Source: Patescibacteria group bacterium (GTDB lineage: Bacteria > Patescibacteriota > Microgenomatia > UBA8517). Taken from it: DNA of 64,000 nt. The position numbers were made by a program, and so were the translations under genes. Below the pieces are notes generated by a model. It ran no database searches and was not told the origin of the DNA. It saw nothing but the letters and a program-made list of their open reading frames with translations. Where the stretch lies: NCBI GenBank assembly GCA_025999275.1, contig AP024680.1, forward strand, positions 180,728-244,727, read 5' to 3'. This document shows, in pieces, positions 50,529-59,445 of the stretch; the first letter of the stretch is position 1, and each line of letters begins with the position of its first letter.

Positions 50529-51815
50529 ATGTTTTCCTCTCTTTTTAAGTTTTTCAATAGTGCTTTTAAACAGCCTGATATCAGGAAAAAACTTTTGATT
50601 ACTTTTTTGACTCTTTTTTTCTTTAGGCTGGCTGCACATATCCCTGCTGCTGGTATTGATACAAATTTGCTAAAGTCACTTTTTGTTTCAAGCCCCATAC
50701 TTTCACTTTTGGATATTTTCTCAGGTGGCACCTTGGTTAATTTTTCAGTAATGGCTTTGGGGTTAGGGCCTTATATTAGTGCCTCAATTATTATTCAACT
50801 TTTGCAGGTGGTTATTCCTAAGCTTGAGGAACTTAGTAAGGAGGGAGAGTATGGACAAGAGCAGATTGATCGTTATACAAGATATCTAACATTACCTTTG
50901 GCTTCTTTTCAGGCCTTGGCAATGTACTTTTTACTTAAGAATCAAGGCGTAATAAATCAACTTGAACCTCTAAACTTGGCTGCCTTGATTATTACCATGG
51001 TCGCAGGCAGCAGTCTTGCTGTGTGGATGGGGGATTTAATTACAGAATATGGTGTGTCAAACGGGGTTTCATTTTTGATTTTTGCCGGTATTATTGCTAG
51101 GCTTCCTGTTGTTATCACTCAGTCAGTAACAATAGTTGAAGCTCAAGATCTATTGAAAACAATTGTCTTTGCTTTAGTTCTTCTTTTGGTAATAGGTTTA
51201 ATAGTTTATATGAATGAAGCAATAAGGAAAATACCAGTTAATTATTCTCGAAGAACAAGAATTGTTGGCACTAATTTTTCTTATTTGCCATTAAGGCTTA
51301 ATCAAGCCAATGTAATTCCTATCATCTTTGCTGTTTCAGTAGTAATGATGCCGTCTTTTGTAAGCCAGTTTTTGGTTAATGCAAGTGACCCTAGGCTAAA
51401 AGCTTTGGGAGATTTCTTTGTCCATAGTTTTACTCCTCGTTCATTTTGGTATAATGCTGCTTATTTTTTACTAGTTGTGGGTTTTACTTTTTTCTATACA
51501 GCAGTTATTTTTAATCCTGAAAAAATAGCCGAAAATCTTCAAAAGAGCGGTGGGTTTATTCCTGGTATTAGGCCGGGTTCGCAAACAGTCTCTTACCTGA
51601 ACAGCGTTTTATCGAAAATAACTTTGGCGGGAGCTATATTTTTAGGTCTAGTGGCTATAATGCCATCTTTAATTCAAAGTTTTTTTGGGATTGATAACTT
51701 AGCTGTGGGGGGAACAGGGGTCTTGATTGTTGTCTCTGTTGTCTTGGAGGTAATGAGAAATCTAGAGTCGCAATTGGTAATGAAAAAATATGATCGTTTT
51801 TTTGAAGAAAGCTAG
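50529..51815 (+). CDS. secY: Preprotein translocase SecY
   Basis: GLGPYISASII, NGVSFLIFAGI, FIPGIRPG, GGTGVLIVV. Confidence 0.98.
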   Translation: MFSSLFKFFNSAFKQPDIRKKLLITFLTLFFFRLAAHIPAAGIDTNLLKSLFVSSPILSLLDIFSGGTLVNFSVMALGLGPYISASIIIQLLQVVIPKLEELSKEGEYGQEQIDRYTRYLTLPLASFQALAMYFLLKNQGVINQLEPLNLAALIITMVAGSSLAVWMGDLITEYGVSNGVSFLIFAGIIARLPVVITQSVTIVEAQDLLKTIVFALVLLLVIGLIVYMNEAIRKIPVNYSRRTRIVGTNFSYLPLRLNQANVIPIIFAVSVVMMPSFVSQFLVNASDPRLKALGDFFVHSFTPRSFWYNAAYFLLVVGFTFFYTAVIFNPEKIAENLQKSGGFIPGIRPGSQTVSYLNSVLSKITLAGAIFLGLVAIMPSLIQSFFGIDNLAVGGTGVLIVVSVVLEVMRNLESQLVMKKYDRFFEES

Positions 51816-51817
51816 AT

Positions 51818-52462
51818 ATGAACATTATAATTTTAGGTTTGCCAGGGTCAGGAAAAGGAACTCAATCAAAGATTATCTCTGAGAAATTGGGCCTTTTTTA
51901 TTTTGAAGCGGGAGCTTTCTCTCGCCAGTTGGCAAAAACAGATTCTTCTATTAGGGAGATAGTGAATTCCGGCAAGTTGATTCCTGAGAAGAAGATGACG
52001 GAATTGGTCTTTGATTATCTTGATAGAAATGTTCCCAAAGAAAAAGATATTCTTTTTGATGGTTACCCTCGTTTTTTGGGTCAATTCTTAGATCTTGAGA
52101 AGTGGCTAGATAAAAGAGATAAAAAGGTTGATTATGTTGTTTTTCTTGAGGTTGATGAGGAAGAGTCTATCAAAAGATTGTCTTCCCGTCGAGTTTGCCC
52201 AAAATGTGGAGCTGTTTATAATCTTTTAACCAATCCTCCACATGTTGATAATATTTGTGATGTTTGTGACGAAACTTTGGTTCAAAGAGAAGATGATAAG
52301 GAAGAAGTTGTAAGAAGAAGATTTATTGAATATAAGGAGAATGTTTTGCCTCTTTTGGATTTTCTTAGAAATAAGGATTATTTTGTTAAGGTAAATGGAG
52401 AGGCAAAAATTGATGAAGTTACAGCAGAAATTTTAGAAAGGATAGGATGGTCAAAAAAATGA
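51818..52462 (+). CDS. adk: Adenylate kinase (Zn-LID type)
   Basis: GLPGSGKGTQ, DGYPR, CPKC...CDVC, QREDD. Confidence 0.95.
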   Translation: MNIIILGLPGSGKGTQSKIISEKLGLFYFEAGAFSRQLAKTDSSIREIVNSGKLIPEKKMTELVFDYLDRNVPKEKDILFDGYPRFLGQFLDLEKWLDKRDKKVDYVVFLEVDEEESIKRLSSRRVCPKCGAVYNLLTNPPHVDNICDVCDETLVQREDDKEEVVRRRFIEYKENVLPLLDFLRNKDYFVKVNGEAKIDEVTAEILERIGWSKK

Positions 52463-53220
52463 AAAATTTTAATGGAATTACAATCAAATCAAGAAGAGAG
52501 ATTGAAATTATGAGAGAAGGAGGCAGGAGGCTTTCTGAGATTAAGCATAACCTTATGTCTATGGTTAAGGAGGGTGTTTCCGCTTGGGAGATTGAAGAGC
52601 AGGCGGATAAGCAAATAGTTAGACTTGGTGGTCGTCCTTCTTTTAAAATGGTTCCAGGTTATCATTGGGCAACCTGTATAAATGTAAATGAAGGTATTGT
52701 TCATGGTATTCCTAAAAAAGAAATGGTTTTTAAAAATGGTGATTTGGTGAGTGTTGATCTAGGGATGTTTTTTGAGGGATTCCATACAGATACATCTTTC
52801 AGTCTATTGATTGGGAAGGATAAAAAGAAAGAGAATTTCTTAAAAGCAGGCAAGGAGGCTTTAGATTTGGCTATTGACAACGCAAGAGCAGGAAAAAGAA
52901 TTTATCATATTTCCAAAGCTATTGAAGAAAGATTAAAAAAGTCTGGTTTTAAGGCTGTGAGATCTCTTTTTGGACATGGAATAGGAAAGGAGCTTCATGA
53001 AGAACCACAGATTCCAGGTTTTGTTTATACTGAGGCACAAAATACCCCCGAGATAAAGGTAGGAATGGTATTTGCGATTGAGGTAATTTATGTTTCGGGC
53101 GGTGAACAATTGGTGATTGAAAAAGACGGTTGGACAATTTCAACTCAAGATGGTAAAATATCAGCGCTTTTTGAAGATACTGTGGCAGTTACGCCGCAGG
53201 GTCCCTTGGTTATTACCTAG
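52459..53220 (+). CDS. map: Methionine aminopeptidase type I
   Basis: HGIP, GHGIG, HEEP, FEDTV. Confidence 0.96.
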   Translation: MKNFNGITIKSRREIEIMREGGRRLSEIKHNLMSMVKEGVSAWEIEEQADKQIVRLGGRPSFKMVPGYHWATCINVNEGIVHGIPKKEMVFKNGDLVSVDLGMFFEGFHTDTSFSLLIGKDKKKENFLKAGKEALDLAIDNARAGKRIYHISKAIEERLKKSGFKAVRSLFGHGIGKELHEEPQIPGFVYTEAQNTPEIKVGMVFAIEVIYVSGGEQLVIEKDGWTISTQDGKISALFEDTVAVTPQGPLVIT

Positions 53221-53243
53221 GGTTTTGATTGCTTGATTTGCGA

Positions 53244-53453
53244 ATGAAAAACTTTGAAACATTTGATGGGGTAGTAAAAGAGGCTTTGCCTAATACCATG
53301 TTTCGGGTGCAGCTTTTGGATGGGAGATTGGTTTTGGCAATTTTAAAGGGGAAAATGAGAAAAAGTTATGTTAAAATCTTTCCCGGGGATAGGGTGAAGG
53401 TGGAGTTTTCACCCTATGACAAGGAAAGAGGAAGAATAGTCTATAAATATTAA
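53244..53453 (+). CDS. infA: Translation initiation factor IF-1
   Basis: [26 protein letters not shown]. Confidence 0.97.
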   Translation: MKNFETFDGVVKEALPNTMFRVQLLDGRLVLAILKGKMRKSYVKIFPGDRVKVEFSPYDKERGRIVYKY

Positions 53454-53455
53454 TT

Positions 53456-53569
53456 ATGAAAGTTCAATCATCAATTAAAAAAAGGTGCAAAGATTGCAAG
53501 ATTGTAAAAAGAAAAGGGGTTTTATATGTTATTTGCAAAAATCCAAGGCATAAACAACGCCAAGGTTAA
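53456..53569 (+). CDS. rpmJ: 50S ribosomal protein L36 (not in the ORF track)
   Basis: Translated by hand: [37 protein letters not shown]. Confidence 0.97.
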   Translation: MKVQSSIKKRCKDCKIVKRKGVLYVICKNPRHKQRQG

Positions 53570-53580
53570 TTTTGATTAAT

Positions 53581-53985
53581 ATGGCAAGAATTGCAGGAGT
53601 AGAATTAAACGACAATTGGAAGCTGGGTTTTGCCTTGACTCGAATTAAGGGGATAGGTTGGCCAACGGCAAGACAAATCTTGTCAAAGCTAAACTTAAAG
53701 GAAAATATTGTTCTTAAAGATTTAAAGCCTGAGGAGTTGAAAAGCGTGGTTAATGAGGTAGAAGCGTTACCTGTTGAGGGTGATTTGTTGAGGAAGGTTA
53801 GAACAGACATTGCTCGCTTGAAGCAAATAGGTTCTTATCGTGGAATTAGACACTCTAGATCCCTTCCTGTTCGAGGTCAAAGGACAAGAAGGAATGCAAG
53901 AACGAAAAGAGGAAAGAGGAAGACAGTAGGAGCATTTAAGAAAGAAATGTTGGCAAAAATGCAACAATCAAAGGAGCAGAAATAA
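53581..53985 (+). CDS. rpsM: 30S ribosomal protein S13
   Basis: MARIAGV, YRGIRH, LPVRGQRT. Confidence 0.98.
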   Translation: MARIAGVELNDNWKLGFALTRIKGIGWPTARQILSKLNLKENIVLKDLKPEELKSVVNEVEALPVEGDLLRKVRTDIARLKQIGSYRGIRHSRSLPVRGQRTRRNARTKRGKRKTVGAFKKEMLAKMQQSKEQK

Positions 53986-54354
53986 ATGGCAACAAAAAAG
54001 CAAGAAATAAACAAAGGAAGAATTTATATTTCAGCTAGCTTTAATAACACACTAGTGACCCTTACTGATATTGATGGCAGAACACTATTATGGGGATCAT
54101 CAGGATCGTCAGGTTTTAAGGGAACCAGAAAAGCTACACCATTTGCAGCTACTACAGCTGTTGAAAGAGTCTTGAATAGAGCTAAGGAAGAGTACAATTT
54201 GAAAGAATTAGAGGTTTATGTAAAAGGGCCTGGTGTAGGCAGAGACGCTGCTTTAAGAGCAATTAGAAGTTCGGGTTTGAAGATTTCTCTGATTGCTGAT
54301 GTTACTCCTCTTCCTCACAACGGCCCAAGGCCTAAAAAGAAGAGGAGGGTTTAA
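53986..54354 (+). CDS. rpsK: 30S ribosomal protein S11
   Basis: SFNNT, TPFAA, DVTPLPHNG. Confidence 0.98.
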   Translation: MATKKQEINKGRIYISASFNNTLVTLTDIDGRTLLWGSSGSSGFKGTRKATPFAATTAVERVLNRAKEEYNLKELEVYVKGPGVGRDAALRAIRSSGLKISLIADVTPLPHNGPRPKKKRRV

Positions 54355-54360
54355 TTTAAT

Positions 54361-54960
54361 ATGGGAAGATATACTGGTCCAAAAGATAGATTGTCAAGGA
54401 GAGAAGGTGTTGATCTTTTTGGTAAAGGGGCAAAATTAACTCGTCTTAATATTGCTCCTGGTGTTCATGGAGCAAAGATTGCCAAAAGTCAATCATATTA
54501 TGGTAGACAATTGAGAGAGAAACAGAAAGTAAAGAGGATTTATGGGGTTAGAGAAAGACAGTTTAAGAATTACGTTGAAAAGGCTTTGAAGTCAAAAGGA
54601 AACACAGCTGATGCTCTTTTTTCTTTGCTTGAGAGGCGTCTTGATAATGTTGTTTATCGTCTTCATTTTGCCAATACCCGTTTGGCAGCAAGACAATTAG
54701 TTTCACACCGCCACATTTTGGTTAATGGCAATAAGGTGAATATTCCGTCTTATCAAGTTAAGATTGGGGATGTTATTACTTTAACTCCCAAGGCTTTGGC
54801 AATTCCTTATATCAAGAAGACAATTGAAGAAAAAAATGTTAAAATCCCACAGTGGATGGAAAGAGAAGCTGTTGTAGGCAAGATCAAGGGTATGCCTTCT
54901 CTTGAAGATGTAACAGAGCCTATATCAGCTCAAGATGTGATAGAATTTTATTCTAAATAA
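54361..54960 (+). CDS. rpsD: 30S ribosomal protein S4
   Basis: LREKQK, LERRLDNVV, ARQLVSH, IEFYS. Confidence 0.98.
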   Translation: MGRYTGPKDRLSRREGVDLFGKGAKLTRLNIAPGVHGAKIAKSQSYYGRQLREKQKVKRIYGVRERQFKNYVEKALKSKGNTADALFSLLERRLDNVVYRLHFANTRLAARQLVSHRHILVNGNKVNIPSYQVKIGDVITLTPKALAIPYIKKTIEEKNVKIPQWMEREAVVGKIKGMPSLEDVTEPISAQDVIEFYSK

Positions 54961-54978
54961 AGAAAAGGAGGTGATTTT

Positions 54979-55902
54979 ATGAATAGTTTATTTTTTGAAA
55001 CAAAAGAAGAAGAAATAAAAAAAGATTACGGTCGTTTTGTTATTTCCCCTTTGGATAAGGGTTATGGTTATACTTTAGGTAATTCTTTAAGAAGAGTTTT
55101 ACTTGAGAGTTTGGGAGGAGCTGCTATTACTTCTGTTGAAATAAAAGGGGTTAAGCACCAATTCTCAACTCTTGAGGGTATGAAGGAAGATGTTGTTGAA
55201 TTTTTGCTTAACTTAAAGAAAGTAAGATTCAGCTGCAAGGGGGAATTGAAAAAAGCTGAGAAGGTTAAGCTTTCTGCTAAAGGTCCAGGAGAGTTTAAAG
55301 CAAAAGATATAAGTACACCAGCTACTTTGGAAGTGGCAAACCCCGACCTTGTTTTAGCTTACTTGAATAAGGGGGCAAAGCTTGAGGCGGAGATGACTGT
55401 TGAATATGGATATGGTTATCGTTTGGTTGATTCGGGTAGTGGCAAAATTGGTTTGATTTTGCTTGATGCAATTTTTTCTCCTGTGACAAGAGTAAGCTAT
55501 AGGGTTGAAGAGACTCGTGTTGGTAAGTTAACTAATTATGATAAGTTGATTATAGAAATTTGGACTGATGGGTCTCTTGATCCTAAGAAAGCTTTAATCG
55601 AAGCAGCTCAGATACTAAAGTCTCATTATGAACAGATAGTTTCTCCTCGTGTGGTTAACAAACCAGCGGTAGAGGAGGAACGTGACGACACTTTAGGTTC
55701 AGTGGGTAAGCTTTCTGTTGAGGAGATAGGCCTTCCCACTCGAGTCGCCAATGCTTTAGTTAAGTCAGGCTATGAGACAGTGGAGAGTTTAGTAAAGGCT
55801 AAAAAGGAAGATTTGACCAAAGTTAGAAATCTTGGAGAGAAATCTCTTAAGATTGTCAAACTAGCTTTGGCTGAAAGAGGTATTAAATTCTTGGAGGAAT
55901 AG
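54979..55902 (+). CDS. rpoA: RNA polymerase alpha subunit
   Basis: GYTLGNSLRRVLL, DAIFSPV, NLGEKS; strong SD AAGGAGGTG. Confidence 0.98.
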   Translation: MNSLFFETKEEEIKKDYGRFVISPLDKGYGYTLGNSLRRVLLESLGGAAITSVEIKGVKHQFSTLEGMKEDVVEFLLNLKKVRFSCKGELKKAEKVKLSAKGPGEFKAKDISTPATLEVANPDLVLAYLNKGAKLEAEMTVEYGYGYRLVDSGSGKIGLILLDAIFSPVTRVSYRVEETRVGKLTNYDKLIIEIWTDGSLDPKKALIEAAQILKSHYEQIVSPRVVNKPAVEEERDDTLGSVGKLSVEEIGLPTRVANALVKSGYETVESLVKAKKEDLTKVRNLGEKSLKIVKLALAERGIKFLEE

Positions 55903-55905
55903 TTT

Positions 55906-56364
55906 ATGAGAAAGAGAATAGTTGGTAGAAAATTCTCCCGCTCAGCCAAGTCAAGAAGAGCTTTATTAAGAGCTCTTATTGTATCTTTGGTTAAGGAGGG
56001 GAAAATTACAACAACCTTAGCAAAGAGTAAGGAAATTGCCCGTGTAGTCGACAAGATCTTTGCTATTGCTAAGGAAGGTGATCTTAATGCTAGAAGAAGA
56101 GTTTTGTCTAAACTAGCAAATGATCGTCATACTACAAATAGGATTTTTCAGCTAGTTTCTGGACTAGAGAGAAAATCTGGTTTTCTCAAAATCTCAGCTA
56201 TTCCTCCAAGAAGGGGGGATTCAGCTCCGATGGCTCAGGTTGAGATCTTGGAGTTTAAGAAAGAAGAGAAAAAACAAGTAAAATCAGAGTCAAAGTCAAA
56301 AGTTGAAGATGATAAAGCAGATAAAAAGGAAGAAAAGAAACCAAGGGCTAAAAGTAAGAAATAA
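55906..56364 (+). CDS. rplQ: 50S ribosomal protein L17 with a charged tail
   Basis: ITTTLAKSKE, RRGDSAPMA. Confidence 0.97.
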   Translation: MRKRIVGRKFSRSAKSRRALLRALIVSLVKEGKITTTLAKSKEIARVVDKIFAIAKEGDLNARRRVLSKLANDRHTTNRIFQLVSGLERKSGFLKISAIPPRRGDSAPMAQVEILEFKKEEKKQVKSESKSKVEDDKADKKEEKKPRAKSKK

Positions 56365-56366
56365 TT

Positions 56367-56798
56367 ATGATTAAAAGAACTTATCATCAGAAAAAAGAAG
56401 ATATAAAAAGGAGTTGGCATATTATTGATGCTAAGGATAAGGTTTTGGGAAGGCTTTCAAGTCGTATTGCCAATATCTTAATGGGCAAGAACAAGGTTGA
56501 TTATTCTTTTCACCTTGATTGTGGGGATAATGTTTTGGTTTATAATTGCGAAAAGGTAAGACTGACTGGTAAAAAAGCTAAAGACAAAGTCTATCGTAGT
56601 CATTCTGGCTATCCAGGAGGGTTCAAAGAAGTTTCTTTTGAAAAGATGATCAAAGAACATCCCGAGAGGGTAATTCAAAAGGCCGTTTTGGGGATGTTGC
56701 CTGACAATAAGCTTAAAGACAAGAGAATTAAAAGATTAAAAGTTCTAAAAGGAGATAGCGATCCTTTAATTGAAAAGATAAGGTCGCTGGCAAAATAA
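56367..56798 (+). CDS. rplM: 50S ribosomal protein L13
   Basis: WHIIDA, LGRL, HSGYPGG, GMLP. Confidence 0.98.
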   Translation: MIKRTYHQKKEDIKRSWHIIDAKDKVLGRLSSRIANILMGKNKVDYSFHLDCGDNVLVYNCEKVRLTGKKAKDKVYRSHSGYPGGFKEVSFEKMIKEHPERVIQKAVLGMLPDNKLKDKRIKRLKVLKGDSDPLIEKIRSLAK

Positions 56799-56801
56799 AT
56801 T

Positions 56802-57218
56802 ATGGCTAGAAAAACAAAAAAGGAAAAATACATTTATGCAGTTGGAAGAAGGAAGACTTCTTCGGCTCGTGTTAGGCTTTTTAAGGGGAAAGGTGATAAC
56901 TTAGTTAATGATACATCTCTTTTAACTTATTTCCCTACAATTTCTTTTAAATCTAGGCTTGAAAGATTCTTTAAACTGGTTGATTTTGATAGTGATAAAA
57001 TGTTTTTTACGGTTAAAGTAGAGGGAGGAGGGAAAAGCGGTCAATTTGATGCCTTGCTTTTTGGTTTGGCCCGCGCTTTTGCTAAGCTTGATCCTGAAAA
57101 TCTTAAACCGAAACTAAAGAAAGAAGGATTTTTAACTCGCGATGCCAGAGTGAGGGAAAGAAGAAAAGTGGGTACAGGAGGAAAGGCAAGAAGGAAGAAA
57201 CAATCTCCAAAGAGGTAA
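56802..57218 (+). CDS. rpsI: 30S ribosomal protein S9
   Basis: GRRKTSSARV, GGGKSGQ, LTRDARVRERRK. Confidence 0.98.
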   Translation: MARKTKKEKYIYAVGRRKTSSARVRLFKGKGDNLVNDTSLLTYFPTISFKSRLERFFKLVDFDSDKMFFTVKVEGGGKSGQFDALLFGLARAFAKLDPENLKPKLKKEGFLTRDARVRERRKVGTGGKARRKKQSPKR

Positions 57219-57294
57219 TCTTTATAAATACACTTACTTTCCTTTATCTAGTTTTATTTAAATAATTTAAGATTTTCCCCAACTTCTTTATATT

Positions 57295-57324
57295 TACTAT
57301 CAATACATCGATGTATTGATAGTA
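57295..57324. repeat. Perfect 30-bp palindrome between convergent genes
   Basis: TACTATCAATACATC|GATGTATTGATAGTA. Confidence 0.9.
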
Positions 57325-57379
57325 GAGTGCAAAATATTCCTATTAATTGGCAAAATACTTAGGCCTATATTTGAAATTT

Positions 57380-57709
57380 TTACCTGTTGTCGCCTTCGCC
57401 GTGAAGTTTATTTCTCTTTTGTCTTGAAAAAAGTTTTTTCAAGTTTCCTTTGGCGATTTCTTCCAAGTCAAGTTTTAATTCTGTGGCAAGTTGAGATAAG
57501 TACCAAAGAACATCCCCCAATTCTTTTTCAATTTCCTTAGTTGTTTCTTTATCTAATTTTCCAGCCTTGTCTCTAATTATCTTTTTTATCTTGTCTGCTA
57601 CTTCGCCGGCTTCTCCTGTAAGCCCTAGTGTGGGATAGACAAAATTGTTTCCCTGATTAGGATAAACAGCTGTTTTTCGTGATTCTTTTTGGTATTTCTT
57701 AAAATCCAT
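57380..57709 (-). CDS. MazG-like nucleotide pyrophosphohydrolase
   Basis: LGLTGEAGEVADKIKK...KELGDVLWY (ExxE...ExxD). Confidence 0.9.
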   Translation of the reverse strand: MDFKKYQKESRKTAVYPNQGNNFVYPTLGLTGEAGEVADKIKKIIRDKAGKLDKETTKEIEKELGDVLWYLSQLATELKLDLEEIAKGNLKKLFSRQKRNKLHGEGDNR

Positions 57710-57712
57710 TTT

Positions 57713-57910
57713 TTACCTATCTTTTTTAATTTGTTTGATATCTACTGTTACTGTTTTGCCACAGACATCGCAGGTTGCAACTACGGGAATGTTGTTTTTG
57801 TTTATCTCCTCTATTTTTCCAAATTGTCCCAGGCTTCCTTTTTTACATTTATGCTGTAAGATTGGAATTTCTTGACCAACTTGAAATTCTCCTCCTTTTC
57901 TTTCTACCAT
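57713..57910 (-). CDS. Small hypothetical protein, possible Zn ribbon
   Basis: HKC...CDVC; TAGAAT 6 nt upstream of the ATG; 3 nt from the MazG-like start. Confidence 0.6.
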   Translation of the reverse strand: MVERKGGEFQVGQEIPILQHKCKKGSLGQFGKIEEINKNNIPVVATCDVCGKTVTVDIKQIKKDR

Positions 57911-57979
57911 TTGCCTATTCTATTTGTTTCCTTTTTAGATTTCAAATTCTGTGGTTATAAAAGGTGACGATATCTGTTT

Positions 57980-58053
57980 TGGTCGGGGTGGGCAGAATTG
58001 AACTGCCGCCAGACGCACCCCATGCGCCTATTCTACCGTTAAACTACACCCCG
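57980..58053 (-). tRNA. tRNA-Pro(GGG), CCA encoded
   Basis: CGGGGTG/CACCCCG acceptor stem, GGCGC-ATGGGGT-GCGTC anticodon arm, GGCAG-TTCAATT-CTGCC T arm, ACCA end. Confidence 0.96.
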
Positions 58054-58152
58054 AGTTAAGCGAGGGTAGAGTTTAATCGGCCAAGCTTGGTGCTTTAGCA
58101 CCCGAGATGGGAAGGGTCCCATCGAGGCTTACCGTTAAACTACACCCCGAGT
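58034..58152 (-). repeat. 96-bp structured element bounded by 23-bp direct repeats of the tRNA 5' end
   Basis: TACCGTTAAACTACACCCCGAGT at 58034-58056 and 58130-58152, with an internal inverted copy and two hairpins. Confidence 0.85.
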
Positions 58153-58153
58153 G

Positions 58154-58310
58154 AATAAGTCAAAAGTTATAAGTCAAAAGTCAAAAATCTAGAGTTATCA
58201 GCTCCAAGATACTTGACTAGAGTTTAAAACTTAAAAAATCAAAAGTTCTAATGATAATTTCGAACCTTAACTTCCACTTTAAACTTTTAACTTTTAACTT
58301 TTAACTTTCC
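58154..58310. repeat. Inverted heptamer arrays (CAAAAGT / ACTTTTA)
   Basis: AATAAGT CAAAAGT TATAAGT CAAAAGT CAAAAAT ... ACTTTTA ACTTTTA ACTTTTA. Confidence 0.75.
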
Positions 58311-58357
58311 AATTAACCCTCTTGTATTTTATCAAAGACTATGGTAAAAGGGTAGCA

Positions 58358-59440
58358 ATGGCTAGAAATAAAAAAGAAATAAAGGAAACAGAATTCAAAG
58401 AAACTTCATCAGCCAAGCTTCAGGCTATCAGAATGGCAATGGAGCAGATTGAAAAACAATATGGTAAAGGCTCTATTATGCGTTTGGGCGAAAGAACAGA
58501 AGAACAGAGAAAAGTTGAAGCGATTCCGACAGGTTCAATTGCTCTTGATTTAGCTTTGGGAGTAGGTGGTTTTCCAAGAGGAAGAATAATTGAAATTTAT
58601 GGGCCTGAAGCTTCGGGGAAAACAACATTGGCGCTTTCGGTAATTGCCGAAGCGCAAAAGAAAGGTGGGCAGTGCGCTTTTATTGACGCTGAGCATGCTC
58701 TTGATCCGGAGCGTGCCGAAACAGTGGGTGTAAATTTGGACGATCTTCTTTTGTCTCAGCCTGATACTGGTGAGCAAGCCTTGGAAATCACCGAAACTTT
58801 GGTTCGCTCAGGAGCTTTGGATGTTATTGTTGTTGATTCAGTTGCCGCTCTTGTACCAAGAGCTGAGCTTGAAGGTGAGATGGGAGATGCAGTAATTGGC
58901 CTTCAGGCAAGATTAATGAGTCAGGCTTTAAGAAAACTAACAGGTGCGATTTCAAAGTCTAAAACTGTTCTTATTTTTACAAATCAACTGCGTCAAAAAA
59001 TTGGTGTGATGTTTGGCAATCCAGAAACTACTCCGGGTGGTTTGGCACTCAAATTTTATGCTTCGGTGAGAATTGATCTTCGTAAAATTGAGGTCTTAAA
59101 GGACGGAGAGGAGGTAATAGGTTCAAGGCACAGAGCAAGAATTGTTAAAAATAAAGTAGCTCCTCCTTTGCGTGTGGCTGAGTTTGACATTATGAATAAA
59201 GAGGGAATTTCAAGATCAGGTGGTCTTCTTGATGTGGCAGTTGATTTAGGTCTAATTGAGAAAAAGGGATCATTTTTCAATTATGATGGCAAGCCTATAG
59301 CTCAGGGAAGGGAGGCTGCTAAAGCTTATATTGCTGAGAATCCCAAATTTGCCGAAGAGTTGGATAGAAAAATTAGGGAGATAGTTGAGTCAGGTGCTAA
59401 AGTTCCAAAAGAGATTGGTGAGGCAATCGATTCAGATTAA
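58358..59440 (+). CDS. recA: Recombinase RecA
   Basis: [41 protein letters not shown]. Confidence 0.99.
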   Translation: MARNKKEIKETEFKETSSAKLQAIRMAMEQIEKQYGKGSIMRLGERTEEQRKVEAIPTGSIALDLALGVGGFPRGRIIEIYGPEASGKTTLALSVIAEAQKKGGQCAFIDAEHALDPERAETVGVNLDDLLLSQPDTGEQALEITETLVRSGALDVIVVDSVAALVPRAELEGEMGDAVIGLQARLMSQALRKLTGAISKSKTVLIFTNQLRQKIGVMFGNPETTPGGLALKFYASVRIDLRKIEVLKDGEEVIGSRHRARIVKNKVAPPLRVAEFDIMNKEGISRSGGLLDVAVDLGLIEKKGSFFNYDGKPIAQGREAAKAYIAENPKFAEELDRKIREIVESGAKVPKEIGEAIDSD

Positions 59441-59445
59441 TTTTT

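Noticed and set aside
57316-57540. + strand 74-aa ORF after rpsI
   Set aside because: It is antisense to the MazG-like gene, starts inside the palindrome and has no motif.
58034-58152. CRISPR array, tRNA intron or prophage att site
   Set aside because: There are only two repeats, identical to the tRNA 5' end. No cas or integrase gene is present, and an uninterrupted tRNA already exists.
29774-58357. Extended N-termini in the ORF track for rpoB, rpoC, tuf, rplC, rplV, rpsH, infA, rpsM and recA
   Set aside because: The upstream starts overlap other genes or leader structures. Downstream ATGs match the expected protein starts better.
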